Below are positions 8,317 to 17,390 of a stretch of 64,000 nt of DNA, piece after piece. The notes beneath the pieces were generated by a model. It did not search any database. It had not been told where the DNA came from and saw nothing but the letters and a program-made list of their open reading frames with translations. The position numbers and the translations under genes were made by a program. Numbering within the stretch: position 1 is the first letter of the stretch; each line of letters begins with the position of its first letter. The stretch is from assembly GCA_022763365.1 (NCBI GenBank), contig JALEGN010000017.1, positions 96 through 64,095 on the forward strand, read 5' to 3'. This DNA is from Minisyncoccota bacterium. Its GTDB lineage: Bacteria > Patescibacteriota > Minisyncoccia > Phycocordibacterales > UBA1006.

Positions 8317-8844
8317 ATGAAAAAAATAATTCATAAATATCTACCAGAATTCGTGTATGGTTCTGTTGATGGTGTTGTCACAACCGTTGCAATCATTACC
8401 GGTGCTGTTGGGGCAGGGCTATCTTCATCAGTAATATTTGTTCTTGGGATTGCAAACGTTTTAGCTGATGCGTGGTCTATGGGATCAAGTGAGTACCTTT
8501 CCTCAATTTCTGAAAATCAACTAGAGAATAATTCAGTCAACGGAGAAGACGGTAATCAGAAAAAGCCTTTATCAAAAGGGGTTGCTACCTTCGTTTCTTT
8601 CGTACTTGTCGGACTGTTGCCAATTTTGCCATTTTTATTCAGTATCTTTTTTGATGAACTTCAGGGAATTGATATTTGGCTTTCAATGCTGTGTGCTTTA
8701 TGTGCGTTTATCTTGATTGGTTATATTGGGGCTCAGATTGCAAGAGTCTCTCACATTAAAAATATTCTTAGGACGGTATTCGTAGGAACTATAGCTGCTG
8801 GAATTTCGTTTTTGGTAGGATACCTATTGCGAGGAATAGCCTAA
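8317..8844 (+). CDS. VIT1/CCC1-family (vacuolar iron transporter-like) membrane protein.
   Basis: YGSVDGVVTTVAIITGAVGAG and LADAWSMGSSEYLS motifs. The track start at 8311 is a TTG; the ATG at 8317 fits the 6-nt promoter spacing. Confidence 0.6.
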   Translation: MKKIIHKYLPEFVYGSVDGVVTTVAIITGAVGAGLSSSVIFVLGIANVLADAWSMGSSEYLSSISENQLENNSVNGEDGNQKKPLSKGVATFVSFVLVGLLPILPFLFSIFFDELQGIDIWLSMLCALCAFILIGYIGAQIARVSHIKNILRTVFVGTIAAGISFLVGYLLRGIA

Positions 8845-8918
8845 AAATAATACCTTTTCTAGGATTTTTATTTTTGCAAAATTTTTGCAAAAAATATTAA
8901 TATTGATACAGTGCATGT

Positions 8919-10001
8919 ATGGAAAATAATATGCAAAAAAATCCTGTACCAGTAACCGTGTTATCTGGTTTCCTTGGGGCAGGAAAAACAACATTATTAA
9001 ATAGTATTTTAAAAAATCGGCAGGGAATGAGAGTCGCGGTTATCGTTAATGACATGAGTGAAGTTAATATTGATGCCGAGTTGGTTGAAAATAACGAGGT
9101 AGCTCTTGATCGAACTGAAGAGAAACTGGTTGAAATGTCTAATGGTTGTATTTGTTGTACCTTACGTGAAGATTTATTGATTGAGGTATCACGTCTAGCG
9201 CAAGAAGGAAAATTTGATGCGATTGTTATTGAATCCAGTGGTATTTCAGAGCCGTTACCAGTAGCTGAAACATTTACCTTTGAAGACGAAAATGGATTTA
9301 TGCTTAATCATACAGCACGTTTAGACACAATGGTTTCGGTTGTTGATACAAAAAATATTTTTACCTATCTTGCGACGGTTGATACTCTAGCTGATTTAGA
9401 TATGGCGGCTGTTCCTGAGGATGAACGAACACTTGCTCATTTACTCGTCGATCAAATCGAGTTTGCTGATGTTATTATCCTTTCAAAAATTGACCTTGTT
9501 TCTAAAGAAGAAATAAGAAAGGTAAAAGATGTTATTGCCAAACTTAATCCTGACGCCAAGATTTATGAAATATCATATGGAAATATTGATTTGGAAAAAA
9601 TTATTAATACTGGATTATTTGATTTTGATAGAGCTGCAAACAACGCAGGGTGGTTAAAAGAATTACGTGGTGAACATATTCCAGAAACAGAAGAGTACGG
9701 TATCTCAAGCTTTGTGTTTGAATCTCAAAAACAATTTGATCATGATAAGTTAGCTGAAATTCTTCAGGACGATACTACGCTTACCGGCGTTGTTCGATCA
9801 AAGGGATTTGTCTGGATAGATAAAGAACCAGAGCGAGCTATGTTATGGAACCATGCAGGAAACATTATGAATATTGATCCGTATGGATTTTGGACAGCAG
9901 ACGAAAGTGGTAAAAAAAATCCGCATCAAAAAATAGTCTTTATTGGCGTTGATATGGATAAAGAACTAATACATCGAAAATTAAATGAAGCATTAATTTA
10001 A
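8919..10001 (+). CDS. COG0523-family (CobW/ZigA/YeiR-like) metallochaperone GTPase.
   Basis: GFLGAGKTTLLN Walker A, CxCC motif (GCICCTLRED) and a CobW C-terminal-like domain. Confidence 0.75.
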   Translation: MENNMQKNPVPVTVLSGFLGAGKTTLLNSILKNRQGMRVAVIVNDMSEVNIDAELVENNEVALDRTEEKLVEMSNGCICCTLREDLLIEVSRLAQEGKFDAIVIESSGISEPLPVAETFTFEDENGFMLNHTARLDTMVSVVDTKNIFTYLATVDTLADLDMAAVPEDERTLAHLLVDQIEFADVIILSKIDLVSKEEIRKVKDVIAKLNPDAKIYEISYGNIDLEKIINTGLFDFDRAANNAGWLKELRGEHIPETEEYGISSFVFESQKQFDHDKLAEILQDDTTLTGVVRSKGFVWIDKEPERAMLWNHAGNIMNIDPYGFWTADESGKKNPHQKIVFIGVDMDKELIHRKLNEALI

Positions 10002-10043
10002 TACATTTGTATTAAATAAGTATTTTATTAATATTGAAACTAT

Positions 10044-10889
10044 ATGAGAATTGCATTTATAGGAAAAGGAGGAAGCGGAAAAAGTAGTGTCAGTTGGATG
10101 ATGGCTAATACTATTGCTGATAAAAAAGGATATGTTTGCGCCATTGATGCGGATCATAATATGGATTTAACCAGTCATTTTAATTTTGATTTTACTGATC
10201 AAACTAATACCTTTCATCGATTGCATGATGATTTTCGTTTGGAGGTGGGACAAAAGGAAGATAAAGCTTGGTCCAATATTGTATTAGATGGCAGAATCTT
10301 ACCTCAATTCACAGTAGGTCAAGAGGCTGATACTTACTCAGAGCGTGTTAAACATACAATCAATGATACAACTGATTTAATGATTGTTGGTTTAGGTGCT
10401 GATGATGTCCTCTATTCACAGCGTTGTGCCCATGGCCACTCTGCATCGTTAAAATATTATCTATCTCTCGTAGATGCTCGTAATTCATATATTGTTATTG
10501 ATGGTGTTGCAGGTGCGGATATGTTACATGCAGGAGTGTATGTGGCCGTTGATTTTCTTTCGATAATTGTTGAGCCACAACCAAACAGTATTCGGGTAGC
10601 TAAGCAATTACGATCTATTGCGCAAGAGCTAAAAATTCCTTTCTGTATTATCGTTAACAAGGCTGCAGAAAATAAATTCCTTGATGAAATCAATCAAGAG
10701 TTTGTTGATTCAATTGTCGGATATATTCCGGTAGACACCAGTATTATTCATGGAGATTTCTCAGGTATAACAGCTGATACAAAGAAAGTACTTGAAGATA
10801 TTTTAGAGTCTTTTGAAGAACGATTTTCTTATTCTGATACCTTGCCGAGGCTTCAAAAATTTGAACAAAGTCGTTTAGAAAATAAATAA
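10044..10889 (+). CDS. CooC/MinD/ParA-superfamily P-loop ATPase, a putative metallocentre maturation factor.
   Basis: Deviant Walker A IAFIGKGGSGKSS. Confidence 0.55.
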   Translation: MRIAFIGKGGSGKSSVSWMMANTIADKKGYVCAIDADHNMDLTSHFNFDFTDQTNTFHRLHDDFRLEVGQKEDKAWSNIVLDGRILPQFTVGQEADTYSERVKHTINDTTDLMIVGLGADDVLYSQRCAHGHSASLKYYLSLVDARNSYIVIDGVAGADMLHAGVYVAVDFLSIIVEPQPNSIRVAKQLRSIAQELKIPFCIIVNKAAENKFLDEINQEFVDSIVGYIPVDTSIIHGDFSGITADTKKVLEDILESFEERFSYSDTLPRLQKFEQSRLENK

Positions 10890-11022
10890 TACTTACAAAA
10901 AAACAATTGTGTATGATTGTTTTTTTTTGTATTATAAATAAAGAATTTCTTTGCAAAAAATTTGCATTTAATATCCTTTCAATTATTATTGTATCTAAGT
11001 AAAACAACTAAAATTTAATAGT

Positions 11023-11715
11023 ATGTGTCATGTAGCAACTGGAGCGAATTATGATCGCCCGATTAACCAAAAAGATGTAGGAATTGTAAAAGAGCAATAT
11101 CCTGAAGTTAACCCAAAAGTAATTGATGAGCTTTATGCAGCAATTACTGATAATCACACACCGCAACCGGCCGTATTGATTGCCCTTACGGAATTATTTT
11201 CTCGAGGTAAACGTAAAGACAATGGTTTGTATGACTGGCCAGTTATTCCCTTTAGTGCACTTGAGCTTCAAACATGGAAGCGCATCCAGACTAAAGAAAT
11301 GCTTGCTTTTCACTCGGTCTTTGAGTCAATGGCCTTGGCTCAGCGTAATATGCAGTTAGTAAATGCAGTCTTCAATAAATATGGACTTCAATTTATTTTA
11401 TTTTGCGATTGCGGCTGTGGTGCGCCAGAACTGTCGCTGGATGTATTTAATACTCAAGAGTATCAAATGATTAATGCCGTGCGCTCTGAATTTGAGGCCT
11501 TAGGAACCGAAATAGTCATTGTTGAGTCATTTAATGATCCATTATGGTTTGAACGTGATCTTGATATGGGTGACGCTGAAGTAACATCGTATCAGAGAAT
11601 GTGGGAGGTATTGAATCTTTTACCTAAACATGAATTTAAACAATTCAGCAATCACGCACAGCGTGGCATGGAGTATTTGTATAAAATAGCAGTGAATAAA
11701 GAAGTAACTATCTAA
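11023..11715 (+). CDS. Hypothetical protein with a Cys cluster (CDCGCG).
   Basis: No recognised domain. An intrinsic terminator follows at 11747–11769. Confidence 0.35.
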   Translation: MCHVATGANYDRPINQKDVGIVKEQYPEVNPKVIDELYAAITDNHTPQPAVLIALTELFSRGKRKDNGLYDWPVIPFSALELQTWKRIQTKEMLAFHSVFESMALAQRNMQLVNAVFNKYGLQFILFCDCGCGAPELSLDVFNTQEYQMINAVRSEFEALGTEIVIVESFNDPLWFERDLDMGDAEVTSYQRMWEVLNLLPKHEFKQFSNHAQRGMEYLYKIAVNKEVTI

Positions 11716-12023
11716 TTCTATACATCATTATTGTTTAAAATTACATAAACCGACTGAGGTCGGTTTTTTATTTGAGAATTTTTTCAAAAAATGAAATAAT
11801 GATTCTATGTGTGTAGTATGTCAAAACTCAGTACCTCATCCAGGATTAGAAGAAGTTCCCATGTATGTAAGTCTTCTACAGGGAATGGCCATGTTCTTAT
11901 TCGGGTTATGGTTATTGCATCGAGATAGGGTACACAGATTTTTATATCAAACGATAAAAATAGATAAGAAGCAATAATTAAAAACAACTTTATATAAAAG
12001 TTGTTTTTAATATGACTTGATAG

Positions 12024-12037
12024 TGAACGAACGTTCA
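12024..12037. promoter_or_regulatory. SOS box of the Cheo/Gram-positive type, GAAC-N4-GTTC (tGAACgaacGTTCa).
   Basis: It lies about 16 nt upstream of the lexA-like start, between a TTGACT-like hexamer and a TATGAT -10. Confidence 0.6.
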
Positions 12038-12052
12038 TATATGATATAAAAT

Positions 12053-12619
12053 ATGAATCATAGTGTAAAAAAAATATATTCCTTTTTAAAAAATAAATCA
12101 CGTATGCCAAGTTATACCGAGATTGCATCTCTCTATGGATTTAAATCGAAAAATGCGGCATATAATCTGGTTAAAAAATTTATCCATAAAGGAGAACTCT
12201 CTAAAGATTCAGCTGGTAAAATCATTCCACATAACGATTATCAAAAAATTGCCCTCCTTGGTTCTATTTCAGCTGGATTTCCAGGAGCAGGTGAAGAGGT
12301 GATGCATGAGGCAATGTCATTGGATGACTGGGTCATTACTGACCCTGATGCGAGTTACCTTCTTCAGGTGGAAGGGGATTCCATGATTGATGCTGGTATT
12401 CATAAGGGAGATTATGTTGTTGCTGAAATGACAACTAATTTTAAACCAGGAATGATTGTTGTTGCTGAGATTGACGGAGAGTGGACACTAAAATATTTGA
12501 GAGTAAAAAATAACAGGCAATATCTTGAGGCAGCGAATGACAGCTATCCTGATATGCATCCTAAAAAAGAACTTGTTCTCCATGCTAGGGTAACGGGTGT
12601 CGTCCGCAAGTATGACTAA
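12053..12619 (+). CDS. lexA: LexA-like repressor with an S24 peptidase domain and an N-terminal wHTH.
   Basis: Ala-Gly cleavage site (ISAGFP), GDSM Ser nucleophile and a Lys in EWTLKYL. Confidence 0.75.
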   Translation: MNHSVKKIYSFLKNKSRMPSYTEIASLYGFKSKNAAYNLVKKFIHKGELSKDSAGKIIPHNDYQKIALLGSISAGFPGAGEEVMHEAMSLDDWVITDPDASYLLQVEGDSMIDAGIHKGDYVVAEMTTNFKPGMIVVAEIDGEWTLKYLRVKNNRQYLEAANDSYPDMHPKKELVLHARVTGVVRKYD

Positions 12620-13877
12620 TATTTATATTCATATTGATGCGGATGCTTTTTTTGCATCGGTTGAACAATGTTTACATAGAGAGTTGCGTGGTAAACCTAT
12701 TGTGACCGGTCGTGATGGTTCAGTTGCGGTTGCTATGAGTTATGAGGCAAAGGCACTTGGTGTAGAGCGAGCGATGCCAATTCACCTAATTAGAGAAGAA
12801 TTTCCTATGGTTCAGATGGTAGCTTCTGATTATTTCATGTATCGAATTTTTTCAGCACGAATGCAGCGAATTATTAAACAATATATACCGGAAATTACTC
12901 AGAGTAGTATTGATGAATGTCACGGAGATATTTCAGATGATGTTCAAGATTTTCAGGAAGCAAAGGAACTTGCTCTTAATATTAAACAAGAGCTTGAGTT
13001 AAAATTAGGATGTACCTTTTCAATCGGTATATCCTCATCACCTTTGTTAGCAAAAATGGCTTCAGGCATACATAAACCATCAGGATTGACTATTATTGAT
13101 ACTCAAAATAATAGAGATTATGTAGGCTATCCAATTAAAAAAGTAAATGGACTAGGAACACAATTGTGTAAACGATTATCAGGTTTTGGTATTGTTTATA
13201 TTCGAGATTTTATTCGTGAATATCCTCGCATCAGAAAGAATTTTTCAGTGGTGACTGACGATATTTTTTATCAACTACAGGGATATCCACCATTACGGAA
13301 TAGTAAAAAGGAAGATCAAAAAAGTATGAATCGTGCTCGATCATTTAAGGTCTCGTTTAGCCGAGATGAGGTATATGGACAGTTAGTATTAAATCTTGAA
13401 TCATTATTAAAAAAAATGAGGCGCCAGAACATGCTTGCTAAAACAGTACACGTTTCCTTGGGTGATATTGAGCGTAAACGTGTATCTTCTAAAATACGTT
13501 TAGATACAGCAAGTCGTGACCCTGATAACATCGGTTTTATTGCACAAACATTATTTAATAAAATATATATTAATAATAAAGGATATCGTTATGTTTCAGT
13601 AACACTCTCTGGTCTTATTAAAAAGGATTATCTGCAAATTGATTTGTTTGGAGAGAGTATCAATAGTGAAAAAAGAGAAGGTATGTATTCAGCTATTGAT
13701 ATCCTTGATGCAAAATTTGGAAAACCAGTTATTCGTTTGGCTAGTACTTTAACAACCCCCCAATCTCTGAGTTCACATATTAACAAAGAAGAGAATATTA
13801 TTACCTATCAAAACCCGCTCCTAAAAGGAGAAACATTTTATAGGCGTGTTCGCTATCCTTACCTTGGGATGATTTAA
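12597..13877 (+). CDS. Y-family translesion DNA polymerase (DinB/UmuC-like).
   Basis: IHIDADAFFASVE N-terminal motif. It overlaps the lexA-like gene by 23 nt. Confidence 0.8.
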   Translation: MSSASMTNIYIHIDADAFFASVEQCLHRELRGKPIVTGRDGSVAVAMSYEAKALGVERAMPIHLIREEFPMVQMVASDYFMYRIFSARMQRIIKQYIPEITQSSIDECHGDISDDVQDFQEAKELALNIKQELELKLGCTFSIGISSSPLLAKMASGIHKPSGLTIIDTQNNRDYVGYPIKKVNGLGTQLCKRLSGFGIVYIRDFIREYPRIRKNFSVVTDDIFYQLQGYPPLRNSKKEDQKSMNRARSFKVSFSRDEVYGQLVLNLESLLKKMRRQNMLAKTVHVSLGDIERKRVSSKIRLDTASRDPDNIGFIAQTLFNKIYINNKGYRYVSVTLSGLIKKDYLQIDLFGESINSEKREGMYSAIDILDAKFGKPVIRLASTLTTPQSLSSHINKEENIITYQNPLLKGETFYRRVRYPYLGMI

Positions 13878-13938
13878 ACTGGGGATAAGATTTGTTATAT
13901 TTTCAAAGCTCTGTATATACTGTTAAAAATTAAAAATT

Positions 13939-14472
13939 ATGGAACTTACGGTTATCTTATTTTATATAAGTAAACATAAACCCCCCAAATCAAAACAATG
14001 CAATATAGACGAAGTCATGAATATTATTGAAAATACTCACTACTATGACCATGACGAAGTTGCCGGATCCATTGGATATCCTGATAGGCACTGGATTAAT
14101 CGATTCATTGATAAATCACTTGTTCATGCTTTTGACCCTGAACAAAAAAAACTCATTTTTACTGACGGCGAAGAATGGAAGCAAGTCTTAGGCGAAGAAG
14201 CATACAGTTATTCAAATCAAGCACGTTCCTTATTTCTTCAGTTCACAAGCAATAATTATCTTCATCAAAAATTTGTAAATATACTAGAACGTTATACAGA
14301 AAAGGAACATGAAAAACTTATTTTCTATGATTATGTTATTGATGAAGAAGGGTATCAAGAAATAAAACAACGATTACGTCAGCCTTTTGATGCTAGCAAA
14401 AAAATACAACAGGTATTTGGAAATATTCTTCCGAAAAGAAGAGCGAAAAAGAAAAAACAACAACAAAAATAA
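13939..14472 (+). CDS. Hypothetical protein with a Lys-rich C-terminus.
   Basis: ORF only. Confidence 0.3.
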   Translation: MELTVILFYISKHKPPKSKQCNIDEVMNIIENTHYYDHDEVAGSIGYPDRHWINRFIDKSLVHAFDPEQKKLIFTDGEEWKQVLGEEAYSYSNQARSLFLQFTSNNYLHQKFVNILERYTEKEHEKLIFYDYVIDEEGYQEIKQRLRQPFDASKKIQQVFGNILPKRRAKKKKQQQK

Positions 14473-14508
14473 GCACCTTTTTAAGGTGCTTTGTTATACT
14501 AGAAATAT

Positions 14509-15228
14509 ATGAAAATTATTTTTGCCCCATCAAAAAGTAAAGAAATGACTGCTTATGATAATCAGACAGCAACCAAGATACTTTTTCCTCAAAAATCAAA
14601 AGAGATCTTAAAGAGGATGAAGTTACTGAGCAAAAAAGAACTTGCCACTATACTATCGATTAAGAATAATATTCTTGATCAAACATATTCCCAGTATCAA
14701 GATTCAGTTTACGGAACTGCTCTCACGAGTTTTATTGGAACATCATTCAAAGAATTATCTGTAGAGGGTTATTCAAAAGAAGAACGAGAATACCTTAGAG
14801 ATAATTTGAGAATTCTCTCTGCAGTCTATGGCATTATTCAACCCTTTGATTCTATTGCGGCGCATAGGCTTGATATGAACGATAAGATTTTTTATAAGGA
14901 TGATGAATATAAAAATCTATATGAATATTGGCAGAATGAAGTAAGTAACTATTTTAGTAGTGAAAAAAATATTTTAAACCTTGCTTCCAGTGAATATGCA
15001 AAAATGCTCGGTGATAATCCTAATATTATTAATGTAGATTTTTATATTCTCAAAAACAAAAAATTAAAAAGTATTTCAGTCTATGCAAAACAAGAGCGCG
15101 GGAAGATGCTCGATTTTTGTATTAAAAACAAACTTACTCAACCCGAGCACGTAAAAAAATATACAAGTGACTTTATTTTTTCAGAACAAGAATCAGATTC
15201 TCATAACTATGTATTTATTAAAAAATGA
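14509..15228 (+). CDS. yaaA: YaaA-family (DUF328/UPF0246) peroxide-stress protein.
   Basis: MKIIFAPSKSKEM N-terminus characteristic of the family. Confidence 0.6.
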   Translation: MKIIFAPSKSKEMTAYDNQTATKILFPQKSKEILKRMKLLSKKELATILSIKNNILDQTYSQYQDSVYGTALTSFIGTSFKELSVEGYSKEEREYLRDNLRILSAVYGIIQPFDSIAAHRLDMNDKIFYKDDEYKNLYEYWQNEVSNYFSSEKNILNLASSEYAKMLGDNPNIINVDFYILKNKKLKSISVYAKQERGKMLDFCIKNKLTQPEHVKKYTSDFIFSEQESDSHNYVFIKK

Positions 15229-15243
15229 TATACTGATATCGTT

Positions 15244-15672
15244 ATGAAATTTGTACGTTTATTTATCATTGCTTGTATTGTCGGTGCAGTAGGGTACTGC
15301 TTTTTTGCACAGAAAAAAGCGCTTGCTCCAACTGAACCTCAGCAAATTCAAGATGAAGAACCTTTAGTTGATGAAAATAATATGCCGCTTGGCGACGAGT
15401 TGCCAACGCGGGGAAGTGATTTTATTGAGCCAGTAAGATTTAGTGGAGAATACCAAGAATATGGAACAGGATGTTTTGCAGATGGTGAATGTTACGCAAT
15501 TGTTGATGGTAAACGGATTACGACTATTGTTGGTTGGGCACCAGGTCCGGTAGGACGTTTTGAGGATCCTGACATACCATTTGGGACTACTGTTGAGGTG
15601 TATGCATTACCTACTGATGATGGGCGTTACACTCTTTACGGTTCAAATGATTACTATATACGACCACTATAA
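15244..15672 (+). CDS. Hypothetical membrane-anchored or secreted protein.
   Basis: N-terminal hydrophobic helix. Confidence 0.35.
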   Translation: MKFVRLFIIACIVGAVGYCFFAQKKALAPTEPQQIQDEEPLVDENNMPLGDELPTRGSDFIEPVRFSGEYQEYGTGCFADGECYAIVDGKRITTIVGWAPGPVGRFEDPDIPFGTTVEVYALPTDDGRYTLYGSNDYYIRPL

Positions 15673-15690
15673 AAACCGCTCAAGCGGTTT

Positions 15691-16128
15691 TTATTCTGCA
15701 TGATAATCAGCTAGGAGTTCAGAGGAACTCCGTACCTTACCACCATGTCCAACATTAAATTCCATTTTAATATTATGTTCATTACAGAAAATGAACTCAG
15801 GTATATCATCAGCAAAACGATCACCACCATTGGCAAAAATATGAGGCATAATCTTTTCAAGTGCTTTGCAGACACTTTTGTCTGAGTCGTTCATACTATG
15901 TTTCGTTATAATAACTTCATCTACGCACTCGAAAGCTTCAAGAATTTCTTTTCGATCTTGCTCGTTCATAAAATTTTTACCTTTTTTAGTTTGTAACCAG
16001 TTATCATTATTTATAATAACAACAAGGCGATCACCAAGTTTTTTTGCTTCTTGTAAATACCGTACGTGGCCAATATGTATTGGGTCAAAGCCGCCTGAGA
16101 CAGCAACAGTAATTGGTTTTTCATTCAT
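15691..16128 (-). CDS. Cytidylyltransferase-like nucleotidyltransferase (TagD / RfaE domain II-like).
   Basis: GGFDPIHIGHVRYL (HxGH motif). Confidence 0.6.
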   Translation of the reverse strand: MNEKPITVAVSGGFDPIHIGHVRYLQEAKKLGDRLVVIINNDNWLQTKKGKNFMNEQDRKEILEAFECVDEVIITKHSMNDSDKSVCKALEKIMPHIFANGGDRFADDIPEFIFCNEHNIKMEFNVGHGGKVRSSSELLADYHAE

Positions 16129-16231
16129 AGAAAATTATGTAATTGCTTAGAGTAAATAAACCTGAATTCATATCTTGGAAACCTTTTCTTATCAACATGC
16201 ATAGTATAACAGGTATTGTTATACTGTAGCT

Positions 16232-17014
16232 ATGAAGAATTACGACACCTTATTTTTTGATTTAGATGGTACTTTGGCTGAATCTAAACGAGCTATTAAT
16301 GCTGAAATGGCTGAAACGCTTTCTCACGCTAGTCAATCCTTACGTATTGTGATTATTACTGGTGGTATACTTAAGCAGATTCGTACGCAGGTAATTGATA
16401 ACCTACTGAAAGATGCCCAATTAGAAAATGTTTATATTATGCCAACCAGTGGATCAAGTATGTATAGGTATAATAAGGTTAATCAAGTATGGGATATGGT
16501 GTATGAACATGTACTCACTCAAAAACAAAAAGATTTAATTATCTCGAGTCTTAGACATACTTTAGACAATCAAGTATCGTTTACCATTTCTCCAGATGAA
16601 CTTATTGGTGAACAAATCGAGGATCGCGAGACACAAATAACACTCTCTGCTTTAGGGCAACAACAACCAATTGAGGTAAAGCAAAATTGGGACCCTGATC
16701 AAAGGAAGCGTAGGGAACTTGTAGGTTTCCTTAATCATCTTAAAGATGATTTTGATATAAAAATAGGAGGAACAACTTCAGTAGATATTACGCTTAAAGG
16801 TATTGATAAGGCTTTTGGGATTAATGAGTTCTATAAACATACAGGCTTTGATATCAACAAAGGTCTCTTTATTGGAGACCAAATAATTCCTGGAGGGAAC
16901 GACTATGCAGCAACGAAGACAGTCATCGAGACTTATAATACCTCTGGTCCTGAAGAAACCATGACTCTTATCAATAGGATTCTTGAAGATGGTATAAAAG
17001 ACGTGGTATCATAA
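16232..17014 (+). CDS. HAD-superfamily phosphatase/phosphomutase, eukaryotic-type phosphomannomutase-like.
   Basis: FFDLDGTLAES motif I; the length and layout are PMM-like. Confidence 0.45.
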   Translation: MKNYDTLFFDLDGTLAESKRAINAEMAETLSHASQSLRIVIITGGILKQIRTQVIDNLLKDAQLENVYIMPTSGSSMYRYNKVNQVWDMVYEHVLTQKQKDLIISSLRHTLDNQVSFTISPDELIGEQIEDRETQITLSALGQQQPIEVKQNWDPDQRKRRELVGFLNHLKDDFDIKIGGTTSVDITLKGIDKAFGINEFYKHTGFDINKGLFIGDQIIPGGNDYAATKTVIETYNTSGPEETMTLINRILEDGIKDVVS

Positions 17015-17019
17015 AGACT

Positions 17020-17361
17020 ATGAAGCCATCAGAAGTTACTAATAAACCATGGGGACATTTTAGGCAGTTTACCTTGAACCAGCAAACCACTATTAAAACC
17101 TTGAATGTCAATGCAGGAGAAATTCTCTCCCTTCAAACTCATACAACCCGAGAAGAATATTGGTATGTCCTTGAAGGTCACCCTCAAATTACCCTCGGTG
17201 ACGAAATTTTTGATGCGCAGCCAGGTCAAGAAATTTTTGTTACCCAAGGACAACAACACAGGATTGCAGCACCTACTGACGCTGTGGTTATATTAGAAAT
17301 TGCATATGGACATTTTGATGAAGACGATATCGTGCGCTTAGAAGATAAATATAATCGCTAA
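17020..17361 (+). CDS. Cupin-domain protein resembling the C-terminal cupin of type II mannose-6-phosphate isomerase.
   Basis: Cupin His/Glu pattern (LQTHTTREEYWYVLEG … HRIAAPTD … EIAYGHFDEDDIVRLEDKY). Confidence 0.5.
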   Translation: MKPSEVTNKPWGHFRQFTLNQQTTIKTLNVNAGEILSLQTHTTREEYWYVLEGHPQITLGDEIFDAQPGQEIFVTQGQQHRIAAPTDAVVILEIAYGHFDEDDIVRLEDKYNR

Positions 17362-17390
17362 ACTCTTACTAGATAATCACATCATTATTA

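Noticed and set aside
11805-12128. A 107-aa minus-strand ORF spanning the lexA-like upstream region.
   Set aside because: It overlaps the SOS box, the promoter and the lexA start, and it has implausible composition. The region is better explained as a regulatory spacer. A 58-aa plus-strand ORF from 11807 is possible but unsupported.
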